From an uncultured Gemmatimonadales bacterium (lineage in GTDB: Bacteria > Gemmatimonadota > Gemmatimonadetes > Gemmatimonadales > GWC2-71-9): 64,000 nucleotides of DNA. Position numbers and translations under genes: made by a program. The notes beneath the pieces are model-generated. The model ran no database searches. It saw nothing but the letters and a program-made list of their open reading frames with translations, and was not told where the DNA came from. Shown one piece after another: positions 18,533 through 28,184 of this stretch (position 1 is its first letter; each line of letters begins with the position of its first letter). The DNA lies in the NCBI GenBank assembly GCA_963825065.1, contig CAWGRU010000011.1:24666-88665 (forward strand), read 5' to 3'.

Positions 18533-18928
18533 TTTGTTGTTCCTTACTCGGGTGTACAGGGAGACGAGGCGGTTGACCTCGGTGGGAAGCCCCAGCTTCC
18601 CGGTTGCACTGGCCCCCCCTAAAGCACCTGTCGTACCAACCTCCGACCGCACGGAGCGGCTCCAGTCCGCGGCCGTCGCCCGCGCTGGCAGCAGGCGACT
18701 AACCCATTCATGCAGAATAGTTTGGAGGGATGGGTCCGGGTCCAGCTCGTGCCGGCCCCGGTGGCAGCGGCTGCCGCCCGGTGCCGGCATGAAGCGCGCC
18801 GGCGGGGTCAGTCTGTCCCCGCGCCCGGGACAGAGTGGCGTGGAAGCGGAGAATGGCGCACGGTCCTGGGTGCAGCGGAGGGCGATCGGGTTGGAGGATT
18901 CCCGGCCGACGAGCAGGTGGCGGGCGAG

Positions 18929-20203
18929 TTAGAGCAGGGCCCGGTTCTCTCCGAGCCGCTCGGCGATTTCCGCCGGTCCCATCGCAATGAGCTCCCTCAC
19001 GCCGCGCAGGTCGTGAGTGATCGGGTGAGCGGTGAACACCCGGAACCGGCGGGCGCTGCTGTAGAGCTCGCCGGCGACCCGCGGCAACCCGAACTGCCCC
19101 GCCCGTCCTTCGCCCGTGAGCCGCTCCACGCTGCCGCTCCGGGTGCGGAGCGGCAGGTCCACGGCGAGCATCGACGGGTTGCTGGGGAAGTCGAGGAGCA
19201 GCTCTCCCGGCGCCAGGCCGACCTCGACGGCGAGCCGATCCTCGACCTGTTCCAGCAGGTCGGCCCGGGGGCGGATCCAGGGATCGGTCTCCGCGGGGAC
19301 CTCGCTCGCGGGGAGGTCGATGGCCCGCTTGTAGAGCCGGCGGGCGGGGACAGCCCGCGCCAGCCCAGTGGGGTCCGCGGTCGTGAGCCGTTCGGTCAGC
19401 CCGTCGTCGGTCGCGTCGCCCACCGTCTCGATGCTGAGCGCCCCGGTGGACACGGCGGCGCGCACCGCCCGCTTGAACATGCAGGTGGCGCTCCGGACGG
19501 CGTGGTGCCAGTAGACATTCCGGTACATCTGGTACTTGGCGAAGAGCAGCGACTCGAGCGCGCTGATGCCCTTCTCCTGCACGCCGAGCTGGAAGCGCCC
19601 GGGGGCGATCTCGATCAGGGTAAGGGAAGCCAGCAGCCGGTCCACGTCGACCGCGCCATAGGGCACCCCGCACATCCGCGCATCGCGGCTGAGGTAGTCG
19701 ATCTTGTCGAGGTCGAGGGAGCCGGAGATGAGCCCCTGCAGCGGGCTCGGGCTCTGTCCGGTGATGAATCGTCCGATCCGCAGCGCCAGGTCAGGTACGC
19801 CCGGCCGGGCGAGTTCCTCCCGCAGCGGCTCCCGCGCCAGCCGCGCGACGCCCAGCATCTCGTGATGGGGAAAGCCCGCCTCTTCGAGGGCGTGAGAGAA
19901 CGGATAGTGACCGATATCGTGGAGCAGCGCCGCGAGGCGGCCGGCGAGGCGATCCTCTTCGGGGACCCGCGCCAGCTCGCCCCGCTCCTCCAGGGCGGCG
20001 AGCGCCCGGCGGGTCAGGTGATAGGCGCCGAGCGCGTGCTCGAACCGGGTATGGGTGGCACCGGGGTAGACCAGGAAGGCATGACCGAGCTGGCGGATGT
20101 ATCGCAACCGCTGCATCGGGGCCGTATCGAGCACGCGGACCGCGTGCTCGTCGAGGCGGATGTTGTCCCAGAGTGGATCGCGGATGACCTCGAGGTCGGT
20201 CAT
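18929..20203 (-). CDS. HD-domain dNTP triphosphohydrolase-like protein
   Basis: Motifs TRFEHALGAYHL, LLHDIGHYPFSHALE and LDLDKIDYLSRDARMCGVPYG, the pattern of the dGTPase/SAMHD1-like HD family. Start set at MTDLEVIRDPLWDNI. Confidence 0.75.
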   Translation of the reverse strand: MTDLEVIRDPLWDNIRLDEHAVRVLDTAPMQRLRYIRQLGHAFLVYPGATHTRFEHALGAYHLTRRALAALEERGELARVPEEDRLAGRLAALLHDIGHYPFSHALEEAGFPHHEMLGVARLAREPLREELARPGVPDLALRIGRFITGQSPSPLQGLISGSLDLDKIDYLSRDARMCGVPYGAVDVDRLLASLTLIEIAPGRFQLGVQEKGISALESLLFAKYQMYRNVYWHHAVRSATCMFKRAVRAAVSTGALSIETVGDATDDGLTERLTTADPTGLARAVPARRLYKRAIDLPASEVPAETDPWIRPRADLLEQVEDRLAVEVGLAPGELLLDFPSNPSMLAVDLPLRTRSGSVERLTGEGRAGQFGLPRVAGELYSSARRFRVFTAHPITHDLRGVRELIAMGPAEIAERLGENRALL

Positions 20204-20208
20204 GCCCC

Positions 20209-22086
20209 TCAGTCTTCTTCCGTCTCGTGCGCCAGCTTCCACTCCTCGGCCGATCGCCAGAGGCTGGAGAGCACCAGCTCGCGCATGAGTATGAACTCCT
20301 TGGGAATCCGGTCGTACAGCCGTTCGAACAACTCCTGGTGCGACAGCACCTCGGCCTTCCAGGCTTCACGCGGCACCGACATCAGGTCGCGGAAGGTCTC
20401 GGGGCCGAAGTCCTCCAGCCCCTTCCAGTCGAGGTCCTCGTAGCGTGGCATCCAGCCGAGCGGGCTCTCGGTGGCGCCGGCCCGGCCGCGGGTGCGGTTG
20501 AAGATCCACTTCAGTACCCGGAGGTTCTGGCTGTAGCCCGGCCAGATGAAGTTGCCGTCGGCGTCCTTGCGGAACCAGTTGACGCAGAAGATGCGCGGTG
20601 GATCGGCGATCTGTCGGCCGAGCTGGAGCCAGTGGTTGAAATAATCGCCCATGTGATAGCCGCAGAAAGGCAACATCGACATCGGGTCACGCCGCACCTG
20701 GCCGACGGCACCGGTGGCGGCCGCAGTGGTCTCCGAGCCGATCGTGGCCGCGGTGTAGACCCCGAAGTTCCAGTTCACCGCCTGCACCACCAGCGGCACG
20801 AGCGAAGCGCGCCGGCCGCCGAAGAGGAACGCGCTGATCGGCACGCCCTCGGCATTCTCCCAATCGGGATCGATCGAGGGGCACTGCGACGCCGGGGCGG
20901 TGAAGCGGGAGTTGGGGTGCGCCGCCTTGCGGCCGCAGCCGGGTGTCCACGGCTGGCCCTGCCAGTCGGTCAACTCCGGGGGGGCGTGCTCGGTCATCCC
21001 TTCCCACCAGACGTCGCCGTCGGGCGTGAGAGCCACGTTGGTGAAGATGGTGTTGGCCTTGATGGTGGCCATCGCCGTCGGATTCGACTGGAGCGAGGTG
21101 CCCGGTGCCACGCCGAAGAAGCCGGCCTCGGGGTTGATGGCGTACAGCCGGCCATCGGCACCCGGCCGGATCCAGGCGATGTCGTCACCGACGGTGGTTA
21201 CCGTCCACTGCTCACATCCCGCCGGGGGGAGCAGCATCGCGAGGTTGGTCTTGCCGCAGGCGCTGGGGAAGCCGGCGGCGAAGTAGCGCTTTTCGCCCTC
21301 CGGGCTCTTCAGGCCGAGGATGAGCATGTGCTCGGCCATCCACCCTTCGTCGCGCGCCATGACGGAGGCGATGCGCAAGGCGAAGCACTTCTTCCCGAGG
21401 AGGGCGTTGCCGCCGTAGCCGGAGCCGTAGGACCAGATGCTCCGCTCCTCGGGGAAGTGGACGATGTACTTCTCCTCGCGGTTGCAGGGCCAGGGAACGT
21501 CCTTGTCGGTGGGACCGAGCGGATGCCCGACGGAGTGCACGCAGGGCACGAACTCTCCGCCGCCCAGCGCATCGAGCGCGCCCCGACCCATGCGGGTCAT
21601 GATCCGCATGTTGACCACGACGTAGGGCGAATCGGTGAGCTCCACGCCGATGTGGGCGAGGGGGGAACCCAGCGGGCCCATGCTGAAGGGCACGACGTAC
21701 ATGGTGCGGCCGCGCATCGAGCCGGCGAAGATCCGGCGCAGGGTGCCGCGCATCTCGCGCGGATCGACCCAGTTGTTGGTGGGCCCGGCGTCCTGGCGCC
21801 GCTGGCTGCAGATGAAGGTGCGATCCTCCACCCGGGCGACGTCGCTGGGATCCGACAGCGCGAGGTAGCTGTTGGGGCGTTTGGCCGGGTTGAGCCGCTT
21901 CAGGGTGCCCGACGCGACCATCAACTCGAGCAGCGCGTCGTTCTCGGCCGAGGTGCCGTCGCACCAGTGGATCCGGTCCGGCTGAGTGAGCGCGGCGATT
22001 TCCGCGACCCAGCTCTTGACTCGTTCGTTGGTAACCCAGGAGGGACAATTGAGAGCGAGCGCCCGCGGCTTGGCGGTGGCGGTCAT
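20209..22086 (-). CDS. pckG: Phosphoenolpyruvate carboxykinase (GTP)
   Basis: 625 aa. GTP-PEPCK blocks [20 protein letters not shown] and [10 protein letters not shown]. Confidence 0.92.
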   Translation of the reverse strand: MTATAKPRALALNCPSWVTNERVKSWVAEIAALTQPDRIHWCDGTSAENDALLELMVASGTLKRLNPAKRPNSYLALSDPSDVARVEDRTFICSQRRQDAGPTNNWVDPREMRGTLRRIFAGSMRGRTMYVVPFSMGPLGSPLAHIGVELTDSPYVVVNMRIMTRMGRGALDALGGGEFVPCVHSVGHPLGPTDKDVPWPCNREEKYIVHFPEERSIWSYGSGYGGNALLGKKCFALRIASVMARDEGWMAEHMLILGLKSPEGEKRYFAAGFPSACGKTNLAMLLPPAGCEQWTVTTVGDDIAWIRPGADGRLYAINPEAGFFGVAPGTSLQSNPTAMATIKANTIFTNVALTPDGDVWWEGMTEHAPPELTDWQGQPWTPGCGRKAAHPNSRFTAPASQCPSIDPDWENAEGVPISAFLFGGRRASLVPLVVQAVNWNFGVYTAATIGSETTAAATGAVGQVRRDPMSMLPFCGYHMGDYFNHWLQLGRQIADPPRIFCVNWFRKDADGNFIWPGYSQNLRVLKWIFNRTRGRAGATESPLGWMPRYEDLDWKGLEDFGPETFRDLMSVPREAWKAEVLSHQELFERLYDRIPKEFILMRELVLSSLWRSAEEWKLAHETEED

Positions 22087-22196
22087 TGCGTGCGACTCCG
22101 TCTGGTGGCGAGGGGGCGGCCCCGACGGGCCCTGCCCTTCAAACTGAGACAGGGAATGTCAGCAGCAGGCGGACGGGAGGCAACGGGTGAATTTCC

Positions 22197-22214
22197 GCTG
22201 AATGATTATTCAGC
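22197..22214. promoter_or_regulatory. AT-rich perfect inverted repeat upstream of pckG (candidate operator)
   Basis: GCTGAAT-gatt-ATTCAGC, about 110-130 nt upstream of the pckG ATG and 28 nt downstream of the metalloprotease stop. Confidence 0.4.
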
Positions 22215-22241
22215 TGCGGCGGGCTGCGCCGACCGGGACAA

Positions 22242-22913
22242 TCACGGGTGGACCGGCAGGATATCGCTCGCCGTGTGATAGAGCCGCCTCGCGGTGGCGA
22301 TGTCGTTTCCGCTCAGGTCGCTCGCGGTGGGGATGGGGTACATCAGGTCGAGCGAGTCGGCCGAGTGCTGGAAGAGGCCGAGGGTGTGCCCCAGTTCGTG
22401 CGCCGCCGTGGTGCGGAGGCAGGCGGTGATGTCGGGGGCGTTGGGCAGGTTCGGGTACACATACGCGTGCATCGGCAGCTGCAGCTCGAACCGGGTCGCG
22501 CCGGTCTGCACATCGGTCGCGCCCTGGCAGGAGGTCACCAGGCGCGCCTGGCCCCGCGGGGGCGCGGGGAAGCCGACCGGCGGAATGGTGCGCACGATCA
22601 GGTCGGCGGTCAGGGAATCGGAGACGAGCACGGCGTTCCACTCCCCCACCCCCAGAGCGGTGTGCCACAGAGTGATCGCCTCCTGGACCCTGAGCGGCAT
22701 GCTGTACTGATCTTCGACCCAGATCTTCACGGGCAGGGCCGAGCCGGGCCAGTGAAAGGTCAGCGTGTCGACCCGTGGTCCGACGCTGTCGTAGTCCACG
22801 TAGAGGTGCCAGTCGTACGGCACCCCGGAGGGCGGCGAGGTGCTGTCCCCGCAGCCGGCGGCCGCTGCGGCCACCAGGAGCCCGAGGCCGGCGAGGCGGA
22901 GCAGTCGCCTCAT
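22242..22913 (-). CDS. Metzincin (matrixin-like) zinc metalloprotease lipoprotein
   Basis: Lipobox MRRLLRLAGLGLLVAAAAAGC. Zinc site HELGHTLGLFQH (HExxHxxGxxH). Confidence 0.75.
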   Translation of the reverse strand: MRRLLRLAGLGLLVAAAAAGCGDSTSPPSGVPYDWHLYVDYDSVGPRVDTLTFHWPGSALPVKIWVEDQYSMPLRVQEAITLWHTALGVGEWNAVLVSDSLTADLIVRTIPPVGFPAPPRGQARLVTSCQGATDVQTGATRFELQLPMHAYVYPNLPNAPDITACLRTTAAHELGHTLGLFQHSADSLDLMYPIPTASDLSGNDIATARRLYHTASDILPVHP

Positions 22914-22956
22914 CGGCGGGTCGCCTCGGGCGGAGTGGAGATCGTCTGCATGCGGT

Positions 22957-23874
22957 TCAGCGGGTAGTCCCTGATTTGCCAGGTCGGGAAGGGGGACGCT
23001 TCGCGCCGCGGGCGTACGCACGCAGCCGACGGAGCATCTTCCGGTCCAGGGTGACCATGTCGTCGCCCTTCGGGGTTTCCAGGATCTTGATCACACGTCC
23101 GAGCCGTGGGTCGGTCATGATGCGGCGGAAAGGATCGGCGCCGAGGCTGCCTTCGGCGATCAGTTCATGGCGATCGCGGCGGGAGTCGAACGGCGTCTTG
23201 GAGTCGTTCAGATGCAGGCAGCGCAGGTGGGAGAAGCCGATGACGCGCTCCCACCGTTCCCACACGCCATCGTAGTCGTTGAGCAGGTCGTAGCCGGCGG
23301 AAAAGAGATGGCAGGTGTCGGCGCAGAATCCCACCCGGCTCCGGTGCGGTTCGGGGATGAGGGTGCGCAACTCCGCGAGCTCCTCGAAGGTGCTGCCGAG
23401 TGCAGTGCCGGTCCCTGCGGTGGTCTCGAGGAGGACCATCGTGCGTCCCGGAACCTGATCGAGGCATCGGGCGTAGTTGGCCGCGTTGCTCTCCAAACCG
23501 CGGCGCCGATCCTCGATATAGTTGCCCGGATGCGACACTACGTAGGGAATGCCGAGGGCCTCGCAGCGCTCGAGTTCCGCGATGAAAGACTTGACGGAGC
23601 GAGTACTTAGAGCGGGATCGGGGGATGCGAGATTGATCAGGTACGAATCGTGCGCCACTGCGGCCCGCATTCCTGTCCGTTCCATCTCCTCCACGAATCG
23701 CGCGCGCGTTTCGGCGTCGATCGCCGGCTCTCGCCACTGGTTCGGTGTCTTGGTGAAGAGCTGGAGCGCCGTCGCGCCGATGGCTTCGGCGCGCCCAGGC
23801 GCGGTGTCCACCCCACCCTGGGTCGACACGTGGGCGCCGAGCATCTCGTCGGCTGGCCGGGAGGGCTGTTTCAT
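22957..23874 (-). CDS. nfo: Endonuclease IV (deoxyribonuclease IV)
   Basis: Motifs LGAHVS, ALQLFTKTPNQW, VAHDSYLINL, VSHPG, LETTAG, CADTCHLFSAGYD and HLNDS. Only the C-terminal 305 codons of the 773-aa track ORF look like protein. An alternative start is at 23844. Confidence 0.88.
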   Translation of the reverse strand: MKQPSRPADEMLGAHVSTQGGVDTAPGRAEAIGATALQLFTKTPNQWREPAIDAETRARFVEEMERTGMRAAVAHDSYLINLASPDPALSTRSVKSFIAELERCEALGIPYVVSHPGNYIEDRRRGLESNAANYARCLDQVPGRTMVLLETTAGTGTALGSTFEELAELRTLIPEPHRSRVGFCADTCHLFSAGYDLLNDYDGVWERWERVIGFSHLRCLHLNDSKTPFDSRRDRHELIAEGSLGADPFRRIMTDPRLGRVIKILETPKGDDMVTLDRKMLRRLRAYARGAKRPPSRPGKSGTTR

Positions 23875-23949
23875 CGCAGGGCCTGGTTTCCTTGACAGGG
23901 CGGCGCGAGCGGATACGTTCCCGGCCGCCACGCTGAAATCCAATTCATC

Positions 23950-25389
23950 TTGACTGACACGCCGCCTCCGCGCCGGATCCTGCTCCTCGGCGATGTCGCT
24001 TCGCGCCCTGACGGGCTCGAGCGCGCCTTGGCGCGCGGTGGCTACCAGTTGCTCGAGTCCGAGGGCACCGAGGTCGACTACCCCCCCGCGGCGCCCCCCG
24101 ACCTCATCCTCGTGACCGCACCGCGGGCCGATCCGCAACTGGAGAAGGCGCTCGCGGCGCTGAGCGGCGAAGCCTGGGGCACGATCCCCCGCCTCGTGGT
24201 GCTCGCGGAACGCGATCCGGACGGCGCCTACAAGGCGCTCGCGATGGGCGCCGACGATGCGATCGCCGCTCCGGTGAATCTCGCCGAACTCACCGCCCGG
24301 GTGGCTGCCCGGTTGCGACGGGCGCCGGTGGCCAGCGCCGGTGGCGTGGCGGCGTGGCGCCAGGAGCTCATGTTCGACATCCTCGAGGAGTTGTCCGCGT
24401 CCCTGCGCTCCGACGCCATCGTCGAAACACTGGTACGACGGGTCGGTCTCGCCCTCGAGCTGCCCCGCTGTTCCTTCCTGTTGGCCTCGCCGTGGGAACG
24501 ATACGGCCGGGTGGTGGCGGTATGCGAGAAGCCCGCGACCCGCGATCTCCGCGTCGACCTGTATCGCTACCCCGAGGTTCGCGAGGCGCTGCGCACCGAA
24601 CGGACCGTGTTCATCCCCGACCTTGAGGCGCATCTCTTCTTCGACGAGATCCGTCCCCTCTGGAAGGAACTCGGGGTGAGTGCCGACGTCCGCAGCGTCG
24701 CCGTCATCCCGGTGAATCTGCACGGCAAACCGGCCGGGGTCTTCCTCCTCCGGACCCGCCGAGAGGATCCGCCGCTGACCCAGGACCAGCTCGGCTTCGC
24801 CGAGCGGCTGCTCCGCGCCGCCGCCCGCATGCTGGAGAACGAAGAACGCCGGGCCGGCGTGGCCCGCCGGCAGGCGAGCGCCCTCGCGACCGACATGCTG
24901 ACCGGCTGCGGCAATCTCGATGCCCTCGACCGGCGGATCCAGGAGGAGTTCCAGCGGGCCCGCCGGTACGCCCTCACCTTCAGTCTCGTCCTGCTCGACG
25001 TGGACAGTCTGCGCGGCTACAACGAGCGCTTCGGCAACGTGGTCGGTGACCGGGTGATGGCCGAGCTTGGCGGGCTGCTGCTCAAGGAGGTGCGGGCGCC
25101 GGATTTCGTGAGCCGCTATGGCGGAGACGAATTCGCCCTGGTTCTCCCCGAGACCGATCTCACGGGTGCCCGCGCCTCCATCGGCCGGGTCCGCGCGCGA
25201 ATCGAGCGGCACGAGTTCCCCGATCTCCGGGCCGAGGACCGGCCGACCCTCTCGGCCGGGGTCGTGACCTTTCCGCATCCCGCCGCCACCGAGACCCAGG
25301 ATCTCTTCGCCCTGGTCGAGGCGGCGTTGCTCCGTGGCAAGGCGCAGACCGACACCCGCATCGGCACCGCGGATACCGTCGCGGCCTAA
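23950..25389 (+). CDS. Diguanylate cyclase: degenerate receiver - GAF-like - GGDEF
   Basis: REC-like N-terminus (RRILLLGD...PDLILVT...). C-terminal GGDEF domain with RYGGDEFALVL and an RxxD I-site (RAPD) five residues upstream. TTG start. Confidence 0.8.
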   Translation: MTDTPPPRRILLLGDVASRPDGLERALARGGYQLLESEGTEVDYPPAAPPDLILVTAPRADPQLEKALAALSGEAWGTIPRLVVLAERDPDGAYKALAMGADDAIAAPVNLAELTARVAARLRRAPVASAGGVAAWRQELMFDILEELSASLRSDAIVETLVRRVGLALELPRCSFLLASPWERYGRVVAVCEKPATRDLRVDLYRYPEVREALRTERTVFIPDLEAHLFFDEIRPLWKELGVSADVRSVAVIPVNLHGKPAGVFLLRTRREDPPLTQDQLGFAERLLRAAARMLENEERRAGVARRQASALATDMLTGCGNLDALDRRIQEEFQRARRYALTFSLVLLDVDSLRGYNERFGNVVGDRVMAELGGLLLKEVRAPDFVSRYGGDEFALVLPETDLTGARASIGRVRARIERHEFPDLRAEDRPTLSAGVVTFPHPAATETQDLFALVEAALLRGKAQTDTRIGTADTVAA

Positions 25390-26579
25390 CGGCGCCGCTT
25401 GAGCCAGTCGGCAGGATCCAGGGGGATCCCGCCCTCGCCGCGAATCTCGAAGTAGAGCTGGGATCCCTCGTCGCTGTTCTCCCCGCCGACCGTCCCGATG
25501 ATCTGCCCCTTCGTCACCTTCGTGCCGAGGGCCACTTTGGCCTCGTCGAGGTGCATGTAGAGAGAGCGGTAGCCATCGCCGTGGTAGAGAATCAGGGCGA
25601 GCCCGTAGGTCCCCATGTTCTGCAGCCGCTCCACCGTGCCGGACTCCACGGCCTTCACCGGCGTCCCGACCGGCGCGCCGATGCCGATGCCGTTGCGCTT
25701 GATGACCGCCCCGGAGGCGAGCTGCTCGCGGCCGAAGTTGTAGAGTATCTGGCCGTCCACCGGCCAGTCGAGCTTGCCGATGTCGGCGGTCGAAAGCGTC
25801 GCCGGGGTAGTCGCTCCGGACGCCCGCGGCGTGCTGCGTCGGGCCCGTTCGAGTTCGGCGAGCAGGTCGTTCAGCCTGGCCTCGTCCCGCTGCAGCGCCG
25901 AGAGCTGCTGCTCGTTGGTGCGGGCGGTACGCCGGGTCTCCCGCAGCCGGCTGGCGCTCTCGTCCGCGAGCCGGGCGTAGCGCTGCAGCTCGGCCTCGCG
26001 CTCGTCCTTGCTGCGGTCGAGCTGGGATTTGACCTGCAGGATCTCTCCCCGACGGCGCTCGACCTGGCTCTTGAGCTTCTCGACGTCACCCACCAGCGCC
26101 TTGTCCTGACGCGACTGCAGGTAGAGGTACTTGTACCGGGAGAGCAGGTCGCCGAACGATTGCGCCGCGACCAGCACTTCGAAGGTGTACAGCCGCCCGC
26201 GCTTGTAGATCTCGGCCAGGCGCCGCTCCAGCACCGCCCGCTTCTCGGCGAGATTGTCCTGCGCGAGGGCCAGGTCCGCGCTGGCGCGGTCGACGTGGCT
26301 GTTCAGCCCACCGATCTGCGTCTCCAGCTCGTTGACGATGCGATTGGTGCTCAGCCGCTGCCGCTCGATGTTGTCGAGCTCCTCGCCGAGATCGTGGACC
26401 TGGCTCTGCAGCCGGATCCGCTCCTGCTCCAGCCGTTCGCGCTCGCGGCGCACCTCCTCGAGGCGGCGGCGGGATTCGTCGAGGTCGTTCTGGCCGGCCA
26501 GATGGGCCGGCGCGCCGGCGAGGAGTGCGAGCAGGGATACGAGGAGAAAGAACCGAGGGAAACGGGAAGGGCGACGCAC
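25386..26579 (-). CDS. M23 peptidase with N-terminal coiled coil (EnvC-like murein hydrolase activator)
   Basis: Long heptad/charged region (RRRLEEVRRERERLEQERIRLQSQV...) and a C-terminal LytM/M23 domain (GIGIGAPVGTPVKAV..GYRSLYMHL..QLYFEIR). Start set at the GTG before the signal peptide (V)RRPSRFPRFFLLVSLLALLAG; ATGs at 26630 and 26639 are also possible. Confidence 0.8.
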   Translation of the reverse strand: MRRPSRFPRFFLLVSLLALLAGAPAHLAGQNDLDESRRRLEEVRRERERLEQERIRLQSQVHDLGEELDNIERQRLSTNRIVNELETQIGGLNSHVDRASADLALAQDNLAEKRAVLERRLAEIYKRGRLYTFEVLVAAQSFGDLLSRYKYLYLQSRQDKALVGDVEKLKSQVERRRGEILQVKSQLDRSKDEREAELQRYARLADESASRLRETRRTARTNEQQLSALQRDEARLNDLLAELERARRSTPRASGATTPATLSTADIGKLDWPVDGQILYNFGREQLASGAVIKRNGIGIGAPVGTPVKAVESGTVERLQNMGTYGLALILYHGDGYRSLYMHLDEAKVALGTKVTKGQIIGTVGGENSDEGSQLYFEIRGEGGIPLDPADWLKRRR

Positions 26580-26631
26580 CGCAGTATCCCGCCCGTTTCC
26601 CGTTTCCCGCCTGCCGCTGTCCCCGCCCATC

Positions 26632-27501
26632 TCAGACATTCCTGAGGTGGCGGCCGACGCTGACCAGACTGCCGGCGAGGCCGATGAAGACACCGAAGAC
26701 CACGCCCAGCCCGACGTGCACCGGCCGGAGGAAGACGATGCCGGAGGTGGCGAGTTCGGACTGGCCGCGGAACAGTAGATAGGTGCCGTAACAAAGCCCG
26801 ACCGCGAGCACCCCGCCGAGCAGCCCCTTCAGCATCCCCTCGAGGAGGAAGGGCCCGCGGATGAAACCGTTGGTGGCGCCCACCAGGCGCATGATGGCGA
26901 TCTCCCGGGCCCGCTGGAGCACTGTGATCCGGATGGTGACCCCGATGATCACCACCGCAACCGCGGCAAAGGCGGCGCCGATCGCCAGCCCGACGATGCC
27001 GGCGATGTTGCGCAGCCGGTCCAGCTTCTCGATCCACTCCCGGCCATAGCGCACGTCGTCGATGAAGCCGTAGCCCTTGAGTCGCTCGGCCACTGCCGCC
27101 GTATGCTCGGCATCGCGGTAGCCATCCTTGAGCTGGATCTCGAGCGAGGCCTGCAGCGGATTGACACTCAGATCGCGGTAGGCGTCGCGGAACTCCACCA
27201 GCTCGAGCCGGGCCCGCTTCAGTGCCTCGTCCTCGCTGACGAAACCGACCCGCGCCACCTCGGGAAAGGCGCTGATGTCCTCGGAGGCCTGGGCGATGGT
27301 CTCCGGCGGCGTGCCGTGCAGCAGGTAGGCCACCACCTCGACCCGCTGCTCCACCGTGCGGAGCGCCTCGCGGAGATTGACGGCCGCGAGCCCGAACAGT
27401 CCCACCGCGTACAGCGAGAAGGCGATCGTGGTGATCGAGAGGGCCGAGAGCAGCGGGGCGCGGCGGAAGGCGGAAAGCGCCTCGCGAAAGAGCAGTCTCA
27501 T
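26632..27501 (-). CDS. ftsX: Cell division permease FtsX
   Basis: 289 aa with FtsX topology. REIAIMRLVGAT motif. The ATG overlaps the ftsE stop. Confidence 0.85.
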   Translation of the reverse strand: MRLLFREALSAFRRAPLLSALSITTIAFSLYAVGLFGLAAVNLREALRTVEQRVEVVAYLLHGTPPETIAQASEDISAFPEVARVGFVSEDEALKRARLELVEFRDAYRDLSVNPLQASLEIQLKDGYRDAEHTAAVAERLKGYGFIDDVRYGREWIEKLDRLRNIAGIVGLAIGAAFAAVAVVIIGVTIRITVLQRAREIAIMRLVGATNGFIRGPFLLEGMLKGLLGGVLAVGLCYGTYLLFRGQSELATSGIVFLRPVHVGLGVVFGVFIGLAGSLVSVGRHLRNV

Positions 27502-28184
27502 TCGGCTTCTTCGCTCCCGTCATCCTCGCCGCTGTCGAAGACCACGGTGCCGTCGCGGAGCTCGATGGTGCGATAGGTCGTCTGCTTGACCAGGTCGAGG
27601 TCATGGGTCGCCATGATCACGGCGGTGCCGCCGGCGTTGATCTCCCGGATCAGCTGGAACACCCCCCGGGTGGCCCGCTCGTCGAGATTGCCGGTGGGCT
27701 CGTCGGCGATGAGAATCGTGGGATCGTTGACCAGCGCGCGCGCGATCGCCACCCGCTGCTGCTCGCCGCCGGAGAGTTCCTGCGGATAGGCCTGCGCCTT
27801 GGCGGCCAGCCCCACCTGGGTGAGCACCCGCATCACCTTCGGGGGGATGCTGTCGCGGCGCGCGCCGGTCACCTCCAGCGCAAAGGCGACGTTCTCCTCC
27901 GCCGTGCGGTCGTCCAGCAGGCGAAAATCCTGGAAGACGACCCCCAGTCGGCGCCGGAGCCGGGGCACGTCGCTCGCGGCCAGCTCCCCGATGTTGAAGC
28001 CCGAAATCCGCACGTCCCCGCTGGTGGGCCGGAGGTCTCCGTACAGCATCTTGAGAATCGTGGACTTGCCCGCACCGGAGTGACCGGTGAGGAACACGAA
28101 CTCGCCCTTCGCGATATGGAGGGAGACGTTCTTGAGGGCGGCGCCCTTGGGATAGTCCTTGAAGACGTGCGAGAAGCGTATCAC
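27498..28184 (-). CDS. ftsE: Cell division ATP-binding protein FtsE
   Basis: GTG start giving (M)IRFSHVFKDYPKG. Walker A GHSGAGKST, signature LSGGEQQRVAIARAL, Walker B ILIADEPTGNLD. The upstream 287 codons of the track ORF are non-protein-like. Confidence 0.88.
   Translation of the reverse strand: MIRFSHVFKDYPKGAALKNVSLHIAKGEFVFLTGHSGAGKSTILKMLYGDLRPTSGDVRISGFNIGELAASDVPRLRRRLGVVFQDFRLLDDRTAEENVAFALEVTGARRDSIPPKVMRVLTQVGLAAKAQAYPQELSGGEQQRVAIARALVNDPTILIADEPTGNLDERATRGVFQLIREINAGGTAVIMATHDLDLVKQTTYRTIELRDGTVVFDSGEDDGSEEAE

Noticed and set aside
23875-25278. The N-terminal ~470 codons of the 773-aa ORF 22957..25278.
   Set aside because: It is antisense to the well-supported REC-GAF-GGDEF gene and has shadow-ORF composition. 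Endonuclease IV similarity begins only at MKQPSRPADEMLGAHVS (23874).
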